This document shows positions 12,870 to 24,272 of a stretch of DNA of 64,000 nucleotides, one piece after another. Origin of the DNA: Squalus acanthias (lineage: Eukaryota). The first letter of the stretch is position 1. Every line of letters starts with the position of its first letter. Location: assembly GCA_030390025.1 (NCBI GenBank), contig CM059425.1:260710001-260774000 (forward strand), in the 5' to 3' direction. The notes under the pieces were generated by a model, which did no database searches, was not told where the DNA came from, and worked only from the letters and a program-made list of their open reading frames with translations. The position numbers and the translations under genes are program-made.

Positions 12870-13597
12870 GACGTGAGTGAATATTAACTCTCTGTGTGTG
12901 TCAATGCTGTTGATAAAGTGAAGGCGTGTCTATTGAACTGGAACTCCAATACACAGCGTCACGTGCCCCCAGAATGGAAGGTTTGTGAGTTCCCAATCTC
13001 GGCAGCCCCGCCACGGGAGCTTCGGCACAAGAGGAAAAGCCAGGTTCTTCTAAAGAAAGACTTGCATTTATACAGCGCCTTTCAGGATCTCAGGACGTCT
13101 CAAAGCGCTTTAGAGGCAATGAAGTAATTTTGAAGTGTGGTCACTGTTGTAATGTAGGAAATACGGCAGCCAATCTACACACAGCAAGCTCCCACAAACA
13201 GCAATGTGATAATGACCAGATAATCTGTTGAAGTGATGTTGACCAGGGATAAATATTAGCCAGGACACCGGGGAGAACTCCCCTGCTCTTCTTTGAATAG
13301 TGCCATGGGATCTTTTACATCCACCAGATTAAACCAACACTGAACTGGGAATCTTGTTGGCAAAGGCCAGCAGAATGACAGGTGCCGGAAGGTGGTCTTA
13401 AGGCTGAGTTTCAAAGATGCATTCTTTGGCCAACATTGAAGGCACTTTATGTTGCATGTGACCTGTATGGCAACTGCTCAGACCGAGCCTGATACTAAAC
13501 TGGAGTTCAAAATGTATTTAAATTTCTGTTCTCAAAAATAAAAGCCCCTAAAGATTTATAGGACAACCAATGAATAACAGTGTCCATCCTTTTCTAG

Positions 13598-14257
13598 ATT
13601 GGTGTATCGCGAATCTGTACAGACGGGCCAGCTCGAGATTTCAATGAATTACTAAAGAAATCGCCATGGTGTGAAGAAGTGTAATCCATGGATTGTTTAT
13701 TTTTTTCACCTTCATTTATGAATTGTTAACCAACGATTGAAGTGTGTAAACAGTCGATTGTAATTCATTCTTCCCTCAGGACATGTAGTAAAAAGGAGAT
13801 CGTCTCCAAATATCGTCTTTGCGTTGTGTTGTTGTTGAGTTATTTTCTTGTACACAGGGAATGAACAATGGGCTGAGAGTGTTGCTACAAGGGCCTGAAC
13901 TGATGCCATACTTTCTCTCTTTGTGTTAACATGTGATTCGTTGACTTATGTCAAGCGTCGACCCAGCAACGCATCATTATGGCTGCAATATTCTGCTAGA
14001 GATCCATTGGTGTATGTGAGAAAGAGGGTCAGAAACTGCTGACCAAAGGTTTAAATTATAACAATTTATTAAACCGTTATATGTACAATACAATCATATT
14101 GCGGGAATAATATCGTAACACTGATTCCACACAAAGGTGTTGGCTTGTGAAGAGAAGCCCAGCTTTGTGCACTGGTTGGTGAGGTAAGACCGTCAATCAT
14201 TGAATAAACTCTAAAATTGTGATTAATTTTCCCCAGTGAAGACTTAAGAAAAATAAA
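13598..14257 (+). other. Probable 3'UTR terminal exon of gene P
   Basis: Acceptor ccttttctag at 13596-13597; unique AT-rich sequence; ATTAAA 14068, AATAAA 14203 and 14252. Confidence 0.45.
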
Positions 14258-14293
14258 TGAGCCGGAGCAGATCTAGAAGTGAATACTTGTCAC

Positions 14294-14313
14294 TCAGATG
14301 AAGCTTCTTTCAG
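14294..14313 (-). CDS. Gene A probable terminal exon start (AERSFI* in the exon-skipping isoform), continuing as 3'UTR toward AATAAA at 14070-14065
   Basis: Acceptor tttgatgtttcag; phase 1 matches the 15549-15671 exon. Confidence 0.45.
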
Positions 14314-14353
14314 CTGAAACATCAAATCAGGGTTATTATGAATTATATATAAC

Positions 14354-14786
14354 GGGCAACACGGTGGCATAGTGGTTAGCACTGGTGCCTCACAGCGCCA
14401 GAGACCCGGGTTCAAACCTGACCTCGGGTGACTGTCTGTGTGGAGTTTGCACATTCTCCCCGTGTCTGCGTGGGTTTCCTCCGGGTGCTCCGGTTTCCTC
14501 CCACAGTCCAAAAATGTGTGGGTTAGGTGATTTGGCTATGATAAATTGACCCTTAGTGTTAGGGGGGATTAAATATGTGGGGTTATGGGGATAGGATGGG
14601 ATATGTTAGGGGGAATTAAATATGTGGGGTTACGGGGGTAGGGTGGGATATGTGTACTGTGGGGATTAAAGCAGGGACAGGGTACTGGATTTGGATGATC
14701 AGCCATGATCGTATTGAATGGCGGAGCAGGCTCGACGGGCCGAATGGCCTACTCCTGCTCCTAGATTCTATGTTTCTATGTTTCTA
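14354..14786 (+). mobile_element. HE1-like V-SINE, full length
   Basis: A box GGTGGCATAGTGG, B box GGTTCAAACC, V-domain, CR1-derived tail. Confidence 0.9.
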
Positions 14787-15548
14787 TATATTGTCCTTCA
14801 GTACGGTGGCCGTGAGGGGAGATTGATTGTATGAGCGCGCTGCTATTAAGAAATCCATCCTTTATTTGGCAGCACACTGGAGACCGTGCTGGAGGAGGGC
14901 AGTGCAGAGCGACGCACCCCACTTCCAACTCGGAAAGAAAACACAGAGAGTTGAGGTACGGACCAGCCACGATCTGATTGAATGACGGAACGGGCTCGAG
15001 GGGCCGAACGGCCTACTCCTGTTCCTAGAATGCACATCCCTGGTGTGACATGCATTTCAAAGCGTCATATCCAAGGGGAGCTGGAGAACAGAACCGTTCA
15101 CAAGCAGTGCGAGGCTTTCACGGATGTAGCCTCAGCGGGGATGAACTTGGCAGCAGTGGAACGTAGGAACAGGAAGAGGCCATTCAGCCCCTCGAGCCTG
15201 CTCCGCCATCCAATCAGATCATAGCTTACCAGTTCCCCCAACTCCATTTCCTCACCTTTGCTCCACATCCCACGATACCCTTACCCAACAAAAATAGACA
15301 CCGGTCTACAAGTGCAGTTGTGGACGTTACATTGTTGGCTATTTTCCTTCGAGGGAGGTAATCAGGTTCGGTTTAGGACTGCTTTGGCTCCCAGATGACA
15401 TTTCTGGTGACGAGAGACTCGAGCCAAGTCAATAAATGCCGGCCTTGCCGGCGACGCCCACATCCCGAGAATGAAAGTTGCAGCTCGTGAAAATTCCAGC
15501 AGAACCTCTGCACACACTCGGCACGCGGAAGTATTGGCTCTTGCCAAC

Positions 15549-15671
15549 CTGCACGTAGATTCACGTAGGAACTGGGATGTTCTGCCCCACGGGATGAGAC
15601 TGTGGATCCCGCATCAGGCAGTAGATTGCTTCTGGCGATTGATGGCTCTCCGTGTGTGTCAAGACAACCAG
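15549..15671 (-). CDS. Gene A candidate cytoplasmic exon (123 nt); phase-1 frame ...AEHPSSYVNLRA, phase-0 frame ...SPEAIYCLMRDPQ...PT*
   Basis: Acceptor gttttggatcag, donor gttggc; length divisible by 3; Tyr motifs in two frames. Confidence 0.5.
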
Positions 15672-15887
15672 CTGATCCAAAACAACACCCGTAAAAGTCA
15701 CAATTCATCCAATTGTGTCGACGCACAGAATGGGCGGTCAGGCGATGACGACCATTTGACGCAGAATCGGACTCCTTTCAGGTGAAACATGTCTCGAGTT
15801 GTTGTATTTTGGGTTAACCGCCCTTCTGCGATTTATAGTCCCAGGGTGTGACAGGAGTGAAGTGTCGTACACAATAAAACTCCTCAC

Positions 15888-15934
15888 TTATAGATTGTTC
15901 ACTTCCTTCGATGTTTCAGCAGTGCAGGTCACCT
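15888..15934 (-). CDS. Gene A cytoplasmic exon (47 nt): EVTCTAETSKEVNNL*
   Basis: Strong acceptor cctttttttacag; TAA is the last codon, directly before donor gtgagg. Confidence 0.6.
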
Positions 15935-15957
15935 CTGTAAAAAAAGGAATGAATTTA

Positions 15958-16327
15958 AACATAGAAACATAGAAACTAGGAGCAGGAGTAGGCCATTCGG
16001 CCCGTCGAGCCTGCTCCACCATTCAATATGATCATGGCTGATCATCCAAATCCAGTACCCTGTCCCTGCTTTCTCACACAGAATCCCCATCGAGCCTGCA
16101 CCGACACATATCCCACCCTATCCCCGTAACCCCACGTATTTAATTCCCCCTAACATATCCCATCCTATCCCCGTAACCCCACATATTTAATCCCCCCCTA
16201 ACACTAAGGGTCAATTTATCATAGCCAAATCAACCTAACCCGCACATCTTTGGACTGTGGGAGGAAACCGGAGCACCCGGAGGAAACCCACGCAGACACG
16301 GGGAGAATGTGCAAACTCCACACAGAC
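15958..16327 (-). mobile_element. HE1-like V-SINE, 5' truncated
   Basis: Near-identical to the 5223-5657 copy. Confidence 0.85.
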
Positions 16328-16409
16328 TTCAGTATTGGAGACAATCTCACCGTGTTACCAAGGCACCGAACTCCAACCCTGTCACGTTAACACCGAGTTT
16401 TACGCACTT

Positions 16410-17376
16410 CAATCTTTCCAGCACATTCCGCTCGGGAATTCTTTCTAGAATATTCTGCTCGGAGATTCTTTCTAGAATATTCTGCTCGGAGATTCTTTCT
16501 AGCACATTCCGCTCAGAGATTCTTTCTAGCACATTCCGCTCGGAGATTCTTTCTAGCACATTCCGCCTGGAGATTCTTTCTAGCACATTCTGCTCGGAGA
16601 TTCTTTCTAGCACATTCCGCTCGGAGATTCTTTCTAGCACATTCTGCTCGGAGATTCTTTCTAGAATATTCTGCTCGGAGATTCTTTCTAGCACATTCCA
16701 CTCGGAGATTCTTTCTAGCACATTCTGCTCGGAGATTCTTTCTAGCACATTCCGCTCGGAGATTCTTTCTAGCACATTCTGCTCGGAGATTCTTTCTAGA
16801 ATATTCTGCTCGGAGATTCTTTCTAGCACATTCCGCTCGGAGATTCTTTCTAGCACATTCCGCTCAGAGATTCTTTCTAGCACATTCCGCTCAGTGATTC
16901 TTTCTAGCACATTCTGCTCAGAGATTCTTTCTAGAATATTCTGCTCGGAGATTCTTTCTAGCACATTCCGCTCAGAGATTCTTTCTAGAATATTCTGCTC
17001 GGAGATTCTTTCTAGCACATTCCGCTCAGAGATTCTTTCTAGAATATTCTGCGCTGAGATTCTTTCTAGCACATTCTCCCCGGAGATTCTTTCTAGCACA
17101 TTCTCCCCGGAGATTCTTTCTAGCACATTCTCCCCGGAGATTCTTTCTAGCACATTCTCCCCGGAGATTCTTTCTAGCACATTCTGCGCTGAGATTCTTT
17201 CTAGAATATTCTGCCCGGAGATTCTTTCTAGCACATTCTGCCCGGGGATTCTTTCTAGCACATTCTGCCCGGGGATTCTTTCTAGCACATTCCACTCGGA
17301 GATTCTTTCTAGCACATTCCGTTCAGAGATTCTTTCTAACACATTCCGCTCAGAGATTCTTTCTAGAATATTCTGT
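16410..17376. repeat. 27-bp minisatellite (TTCTTTCTAGCACATTCCGCTCGGAGA), roughly 35 copies
   Basis: Directly visible; a unit divisible by 3 explains the repetitive ORFs on both strands. Confidence 0.95.
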
Positions 17377-17680
17377 TTCCACCATCCTTTCAGGCAGTGC
17401 ATTCCAGATCATAACAACTCGCTGCGTAAAAGAAAATCCTCAGGTCGCCTCTTTTTTTTGACAATTACTTTCAATCTGTGCCCTCTGGTTACCGACCCTT
17501 CTGCCACTGGAAACAGTTTCTCCTCATTTACTCGATCAAAACCCTTCATAATTTTAAACAACTCGATTAAATCTCCTCTTAAGCTTCTCCACTCTAAGGA
17601 GAACAATCCCAGCCTCGCTAGTTAAATAATTGAATAATTATTTAATTGTTGGAAGTCACTGTCAGTGGGTCCACAGTTAC

Positions 17681-17742
17681 CTGATATTGACTGCTGCTGA
17701 TACAGCTTAGCTTTACAATACTTGGGTGAATCCGGCTGGTAT
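17681..17742 (-). CDS. Gene A cytoplasmic exon (62 nt, phase 2-1): RYQPDSPKYCKAKLYQQQSIS
   Basis: Acceptor ttccttatctcttag, donor gtaact; phase matches its neighbours. Confidence 0.7.
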
Positions 17743-17884
17743 CTAAGAGATAAGGAAGAAATAGAATTAAACTATAATTGTTATGACAGACAGACGCAAT
17801 ATTCACAGCAAGTTCCACTGAAGCCATGTCATGTCAGGACTCGCCCTCACTGACCCTTAGACACACAACTCTCCAACTGTGTCA

Positions 17885-18490
17885 GTGGTGACGACTCAAA
17901 ACAAATGGATGTTGAGCCAGAAACAGAGATATTAGGATTGCTGATGAAAACTTGGTCAAACAGGCAGGTTTTAAGAAGCGTCTTAAAGGAGGAGTGGGAA
18001 GCGGAGAGGTTTAGGGAGGGATTTCCAGAGCATAGGGTCCAGGTGACTGAAGGCACGGCCGCCAATAGTGGGACATTGTGGGGGGCGGGGAGGGTGAGCA
18101 AGAGGCCAGAGTCAGAGGAACGGAGGGAACTCAGGGAGGTTGCAGGGTGGAGGAGGTTTTGGCGACGGGGAGCGGGAGGCCTGAAAAGGATTTAAACACG
18201 AGGATGAGAATTTTAAACTTTGAGGCATCGGCGGGGGATCAGGAACCAATGTCGCTCAGTGAGGTCAGCAGTGACGGGTGAGGAGGACTTGATGTGGGAT
18301 AGGATACGGGCAACGGAGCCTTGGATGAGCTGAGGCTGGCAGAGACTGGAGGATGGGAGGCCGGCCAGGAGAGCGTTGGAATAGTCGAGTCTGGGGGTAG
18401 CAAAGGCTTGAAGGAGGGTTTGAGCAACAGATGGGCTGAGGTAGGTGATATGATAGAGGTGGAAGTGGCCAGTCTTTGTGATGGAGAGGA
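17885..18490 (-). mobile_element. L2-like LINE 3' fragment
   Basis: Degenerate reverse complement of the L2 3' end at 55860-56420. Confidence 0.65.
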
Positions 18491-19781
18491 CACACAGACT
18501 CTGTGACTGCGTCAGTGAAACCTGGAGGGCTATTTTAACCTATTTCCCCTGTTGGGGGGGGGGAAGAATCCCGCGGGATCGGGAGAAACGCCGGTTTTAC
18601 ACCCGACCAATATTACTCTTCAGTGACTTCAATAGAGAGTAAAGTCGGGCGGGCTGTAAATCCAGCGCTGCGCCCGATCCCCTCAGTTTCCCGACGGGGA
18701 GTTAAGGTTAACACTGCACCTCCCTCAAGTTAGAAATGCCCAGAAAAAAATCACTTCATTTTGAAGTGAGGCGCGACAATTAGTTTCCCAAATGTCCTCC
18801 CCTTTCCTCCTGAAGGACTGCTCTCTAGTTGGGCTACAGGTCCACAGGCACTGACAGCTCCAATAACAACCCCAACTGCCCATTATTCACATGTGAGCAA
18901 AGACAGCGAGTCTCAGCAGGCTATTCGGCCATGTAGGGAATCGCTGCCCTGCCTCATCCCATCTCGACGTCCAATAGCAGGGGGTCACTGGATCGTGATC
19001 AGAAGCAGGAACCCTGGCTGGTTTGTTTCCTCTTTCCAATCCCTGGTTTAGAATCAAAGAATCTTACAGCACAGAAAGAGGCCATTCGGCCCATCGTGCC
19101 TGTGCCGGCTCTTTGAAAGAGCTCTCCAATTCGTCCCACTCCCTCTTTCGCCATAGCCCTGAAAATATTTCCTTTTCAAGTATTTATCCAATTCCCCTTT
19201 GAAAATTATTATTGAATCTGTTTCCACCACCCTTTCAGGCCGTGCGTTCCATTATGTGTCACAATTCCCAGCAGTCTGATGGGCTTAACCGTCCTTGGGA
19301 ATCTGAAGGGTTCTTAAGGCCCATTCCCTTGGGAATCTGAAGGGTATTTAAGGCCCATTCCCTTGGGAATCTGAAGGGTATTGAAGGCTAATTCTGTGTG
19401 TTCTAGTTCCTGGAATTTTGATGGGCCTGAGGAACCCAGTTCTCTGGCAGTCCGATAAAACTGTACCTTGCTCATACATCTAGGAAGACAATTAGTCCGT
19501 TCGGCCCATTGGCCCTGCTCCACCACATTCTTAGCACGACAGCCCCTGATTATTTCGATCCCAATGCCCACCCTTCCTTCAGGTCCCATATTTATAGAAG
19601 TTCAGGTTGATGTAAACTGCCTTTCTGAGCACAGGTACTGAAATACAAACCGAAATGTGGCTACAGCTAAGAAATGGCCTCCAAATTAAATACTAATTTG
19701 ACATAGATTGTCGTAATGATATCACTTTAAGAAAACATAGCAACATGATTAATAGAGAAAAGCTGTAAGGTGGAATCGTAC

Positions 19782-19812
19782 CTTTCTCTCTGTGGGGTAA
19801 ACGTCGCTCTTC
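19782..19812 (-). CDS. Gene A first cytoplasmic exon (31 nt, phase 1-2): GRATFTPQRE
   Basis: Long polypyrimidine acceptor tctttctttccccattcag, donor gtacga. Confidence 0.7.
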
Positions 19813-19939
19813 CTGAATGGGGAAAGAAAGACAAGAGATTTTAAGCACTGTCTCATTGCTGATCAGATATCTCAGTTCCCATGCACTCACTGTGGTGAGT
19901 TAATAGTTCATTTGGTGCACTGTCGCATTCGAATGTGCC

Positions 19940-20372
19940 TCGCTGGACCAGCCACATAAATACTGTGGCTACAAGAGCAGGTCAGAGGCTGGGTATTCTG
20001 CGGCGAGTGTCTCACCTCCTGACTCCACAAAGCCTTTCCACCATCTACAAGGCACAAGTAAGGAGTGTGATGGAATACTCTCCACTTGCCTGGATGAGTA
20101 CAGCTCCAACAACAATCAAGAAGCTCGACACCATCCAGGACAAAGCAGCCTGCTTGATTGGCACCCCATCCACCACCTTAAACATTCACTCCCTCCACCA
20201 CCGGCGCACCGTAGCTGCAGTGTGTACCATCTACAAGATGCACTGCAGCAACTCGCCAAGGGTTCTGCAAAACCCGCGACCTCTACCACCTTGAAGGACA
20301 AGAGCAGCAGGTGCATGGGAACACGAGCACCCACCTCCAAGTTCCCCTCCAAGTCCACGCCATCCTGACTTG
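19940..20372 (+). mobile_element. CR1-clade LINE ORF2 C-terminal fragment (second family)
   Basis: LSTIYKAQVRSVMEYSPLAW...HSLHHRRTVAAVCTIYK; further copies at 30130-30700, 42380-42750, 45165-45460, 50350-50710 and 51825-52140 (-). Confidence 0.8.
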
Positions 20373-20603
20373 GTCTCTCCCTCTCATTGCCTGTCGCTAG
20401 ATCTCCCCCTCCAGTTTCCTGTCTCCTCCCCAGTCACTCCCTCTCATTTCCTTTCAGTTCCCTCACCTTTTGATTTGCAGTTTCTGGTGTAACTTGAGGT
20501 TAGGCCGTCCCACCCTTAGACACCCAAACTATATATATTTTAAATGAACCCAATGCAAAATGAGTACAGCGACATCGTCAGTCCTTGACTTATAATAACC
20601 TAC

Positions 20604-20987
20604 CTCTCCTTCTCCTCCAGATCACTAAGGCAATAACAACCAGGATTATCAGAACGACACTTCCAACCGAAACATAGATCATGAGTTCGAGCAGAAACCG
20701 CTCCCCGTCGACGCTGGTGAAGTAGATGGCGTGGGCGACACTGCCTTGGTCGTTGGTGGCCACACAGCTGTAGTTTCCCCTAAGCTTCGGGTCGTGTAGT
20801 TCTCCCACCATCTGGTACTTCCCCGGCCCTCGCATTACCGGTGTGTTGCTGCCGTTCACGGGGAGTCTGTTGTTCTGGGGATCAATCCACATGATGTTTG
20901 GGGAGGGTTCCCCTTCCACCAGGCACACTAAGGTGAACTGCGTGGCGTTAACGACTGTGATAGACAGGTTGAGGATGGCTGGCGGGC
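20604..20987 (-). CDS. Gene A Ig C2-set + TM exon (384 nt, phase 1-1)
   Basis: LVCLVEGEPSPNIMW...GNYSCVATN; TM LMIYVSVGSVVLIILVVIALVIW followed by RRRR; acceptor tttgttctcag, donor gtaggt. Confidence 0.92.
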
Positions 20988-22321
20988 CTGAGAACAAACA
21001 GGATAGACGCGCGATTAAAGTAAGACACTGACACACGGAGCAGTCCACCTCGTGACTGCTGCATCGATCCAGTGTATTTAAAGACAGACAGGATCCCAGA
21101 CTGTGTGACTCACTGGGCTAGAAGAGGAAGCAGGTGGCAGGAAATCATCATCAAGACCGCAAAGAGGAAGATGTAAAAATGATACTTCAGTCCCACTCCA
21201 GAGACTTGAGCACAAAATCTCGGCTGACACTCTAGCGCAGTACTGAGGGAGTGCTGCCGTCTTTCAGAGGAGACGTTAAACAGAGGCCCCATCTGCCCTC
21301 TCAGGTGGACGTAAAGGATCCCATGGCACTATTAGATAGAAGAGCAGGGGAGTTCTCCCCATGTCCTGGCCAATATTTATCTCTCAACCAACATAACACA
21401 AACAGATTATCTGGTCATTACCTCATTTATGGGACCTTGTGCGCAAACTGTCTGCCGAGTGTGGGGGTGAGAAAGCCAAGGGTGGGAGTTTCAGCGGCAG
21501 GTGGGCTGAGGCAGGGGCGGAGACAGGCAATATTATGGGAGTGGAAGTAGGCGGTCTTTGTGATGGAGAGAACATGGGGTTGGAAGCTCAGCTTGGGATT
21601 GAATAGAATACGGTCTGGTTCAGCTCGAGACAGTGGCCAGGAAGGGGGTGTAGTTGGTAGCAGAGATACGGAGGTTATGTTGGCGGTCAAAGGCAATGGC
21701 TTTGGTCTTCCCAATATTTAGCTGGAGGAAATTATGTCTCATCCAAGATTGGATGTCAGGCAATCAGTCTGAAAACACACAGAGAGGCAACGGAAGGGTC
21801 GAGAGAGCTGGTGGCGGGGTAGAGCTGGGTGGCGTACATGTGAAAGCTTACAATCTCACCAAAGGGCTGCATGTAGATGAGGAAGCAGAGGGGACCAAGC
21901 ATGGATCCTTGGGGTACATCCCAAGGTGACAATGCAGGGGCAGGAAAAGAAGGCATTGCTCTGGCTGCACTTGCACAGTTAAGAGCGGAACCAGGCGAGG
22001 GCAGTCGCAATGAGCTGGACAATGGAGGAGAGGCATTGGTGGAGGATGGTGTGGTTGACCATGTCAAAGGTTGCAGACTGGTTAAGGAGGAGGAAAAGGG
22101 GGGGGGGGGGGACAATACAACAACAGCTTGCATTTATAGAGCACCATTAACGTAGTAAAACATCCCAAGGCGTTTTCAGGGAGGCCCCGCCACTGCCGCG
22201 TGTTACAGAGGATCGCAGAGCTAATCGAGAGAGAGAAGAGACTGTCACCCATCAGTCACACTCAGGGCTGGTCTAACGCTATCCAGCATCCCCCAGCAAT
22301 TTAGGTTCCTGTTGAATTTAC

Positions 22322-22732
22322 CTGTTACTTCCAAGATGGTTCCAGGGTTGGTTTCATCCATGAAAGTTTGCAGTCCCTGACGTTTGACTTCCACACGACA
22401 GAAGTACTGACTGTTGTCATCGAGCATGGCATGTTTCAGCTCTAACGAAGCATCGTTTTGCCTGGGGTCCCCGGCCAGTCCGTATCGGTCATTGACGTTT
22501 GTGTGAACTACATTTTCGAACTCCTTGTCGTGATCCTTGACCCTGTTGGTCGAGTTGAACAGAACCGGCCCTTTGTAAAACACCTTGATCTTCCAGATGA
22601 CTGTAATCTCAAAGGTAGTGTAATGAGAATAGGAGGAGTTGAACTGGCAGGGCAAAACGACAGAGCTTCCGACCATCCCGCTCACTCGCCTCGGTACTTT
22701 CACGGACACTGGCACCAGCACTCCATTACTTC
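22322..22732 (-). CDS. Gene A Ig V-set exon (411 nt, phase 1-1), Siglec-15-like with the F-strand Arg
   Basis: VVLPCQF...W...GDPRQNDASL...QYFCRVEV resembles Siglec-15 (GNPRRNDLSL...RYFCRVEF); canonical splice sites. Confidence 0.92.
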
Positions 22733-22869
22733 CTACAGGGACGCAAGAGTCAGGGAGTCAATGAACTGCTTGTTCAATGGCCCACGATGGAGCCTCTCAG
22801 CCAAATGACATCAAATGCATTTTCTTATCGAGGCCAAAAAAAAAACGATCAAAATTGCCCCCTTTTTTT

Positions 22870-23046
22870 AAAAAAAAAGTCCCAAATCATATATAAAACA
22901 AAGGAAACTTATCAAAGTAAGTCATGATATTATTTACACCATCCACCATCGACTCCAGTCCCTGCGGTGCCCGCCGGTCACGGAAAGCCTGAAGCGTACC
23001 GGCGGACACCGCGTGCTCCTTCTCCAGGGCCACCCAAGAGGGGTGT
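22870..23046 (-). mobile_element. L1/Tx1-like LINE extreme 3' end
   Basis: Minus strand reads VALEKEHAVSAGTLQAFRDR; related copy at 48400-48600. Confidence 0.55.
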
Positions 23047-23714
23047 CAGACACTATGCAGGGGTAAGGAGGAGAACTGTGGGTGCGACTGAAGATATGGT
23101 TCAGTAGTGCAGTGGTTCTGGTACCCGGAACCCACCCAGAGGCTGAGAGTTCTAAATCCCACCCAGAGCAAGTGGGGACATTGAATTAATTTGTCACCTG
23201 GCGCCAGAGAAATGAAATGCCTATGATAGTCAATGTGATAGCCCAACTGGTTCACTAATGCCTTGCAGGGATGGGGCCCTATGGCCAACTCCTGCCTCTA
23301 TTTCTTATGTAAGATGAGAAGTCAAGTGAGCAGTGAAGCATCAGATCTCAACACCACCCCAGCCTCAGAACCAGGGATGAGGGACTTCAGTTACGTGGAG
23401 AAGCTCGGGTTGTTCTCCTTAGAGCAGAGAAGGCTAAAGGGGAGATTTAACAGAGGTGTTCAAAATGATGTGGAGTTTTGATAGAGTAAATAAGGAGAAA
23501 CTGTTTCCACTGGCAGGAGGGTCAGTAACCAGAGGACACAGATTTAAGCTAATTGGCAAAAGATCCGGAGGGGAGTTGAGAATTCATTTTAGTCAGCTCT
23601 GTCCCGTATCCCTCAAAGGGCAGTGGAAGCAGATTCAATGGTAACATTCAAAAGGGAATCGGATAAATACTTGAAAAATGCCAAGCTATGGGGAAAGAGC
23701 AGGGGAGTGTCAGA

Positions 23715-24272
23715 GTCAAAGAGTCATAACGGCACAGAAGGAGGCCATTCGACCCATCGAGTCCCTGCCAGCTCTTTGTAGAGCAATCCAGTCAGTCCCA
23801 TTCCCCCGCTCTATCCCCGTAGCCCTGCAAGTTTATTTCCCTCAAGTGCCTATCCAGTCTCCCCTTGAAAACATTGAGTGTCTCCGCTTCCACCACTTCC
23901 ATCGGCAGCGAGTTCCAGGTCCTCACCACTCGCTGCGTAAAAAAGTTTTTCCCTCACGTCCCCCCTGTATATCTTGCCCAAAACCTTAAATCTGTGTCCC
24001 CTAGTCCTTGTACCATCAACTAGTGGGAACAGCCTTTCCCGGTCTAGCCTATCCAAACCCGTCATAATCTTGTACACTTCTATCAAATCACCCCTCAACC
24101 TCCTTTGCTCTAATGAAAACAAATCCAGCTTCTCCAAACTGTCCTGGTAGCTAAGATCCCCCATCCCCAGAACCATTCTGGTAAATCTCCTCTGCACCCT
24201 CTCAAGGGCCTTCACATCCTTCCTAAAATGTGGTGACCAGAACTGGACGCAATACTCCAGTTGTGGCCTAAT
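23715..24272 (-). mobile_element. CR1 3' end
   Basis: KALERVQRRFTRMV...TRGHRFKV; very similar to 40060-40615. Confidence 0.85.

Noticed and set aside
14354-14430. tRNA genes at SINE heads (also near 1344 and 31741)
   Set aside because: A/B boxes continue directly into SINE bodies; no complete cloverleaf recognised
16309-17625. 438-aa and 351-aa repeat proteins, or a CRISPR-like array
   Set aside because: Head-to-tail 27-bp units with no unique spacers and no cas genes; eukaryotic intronic context
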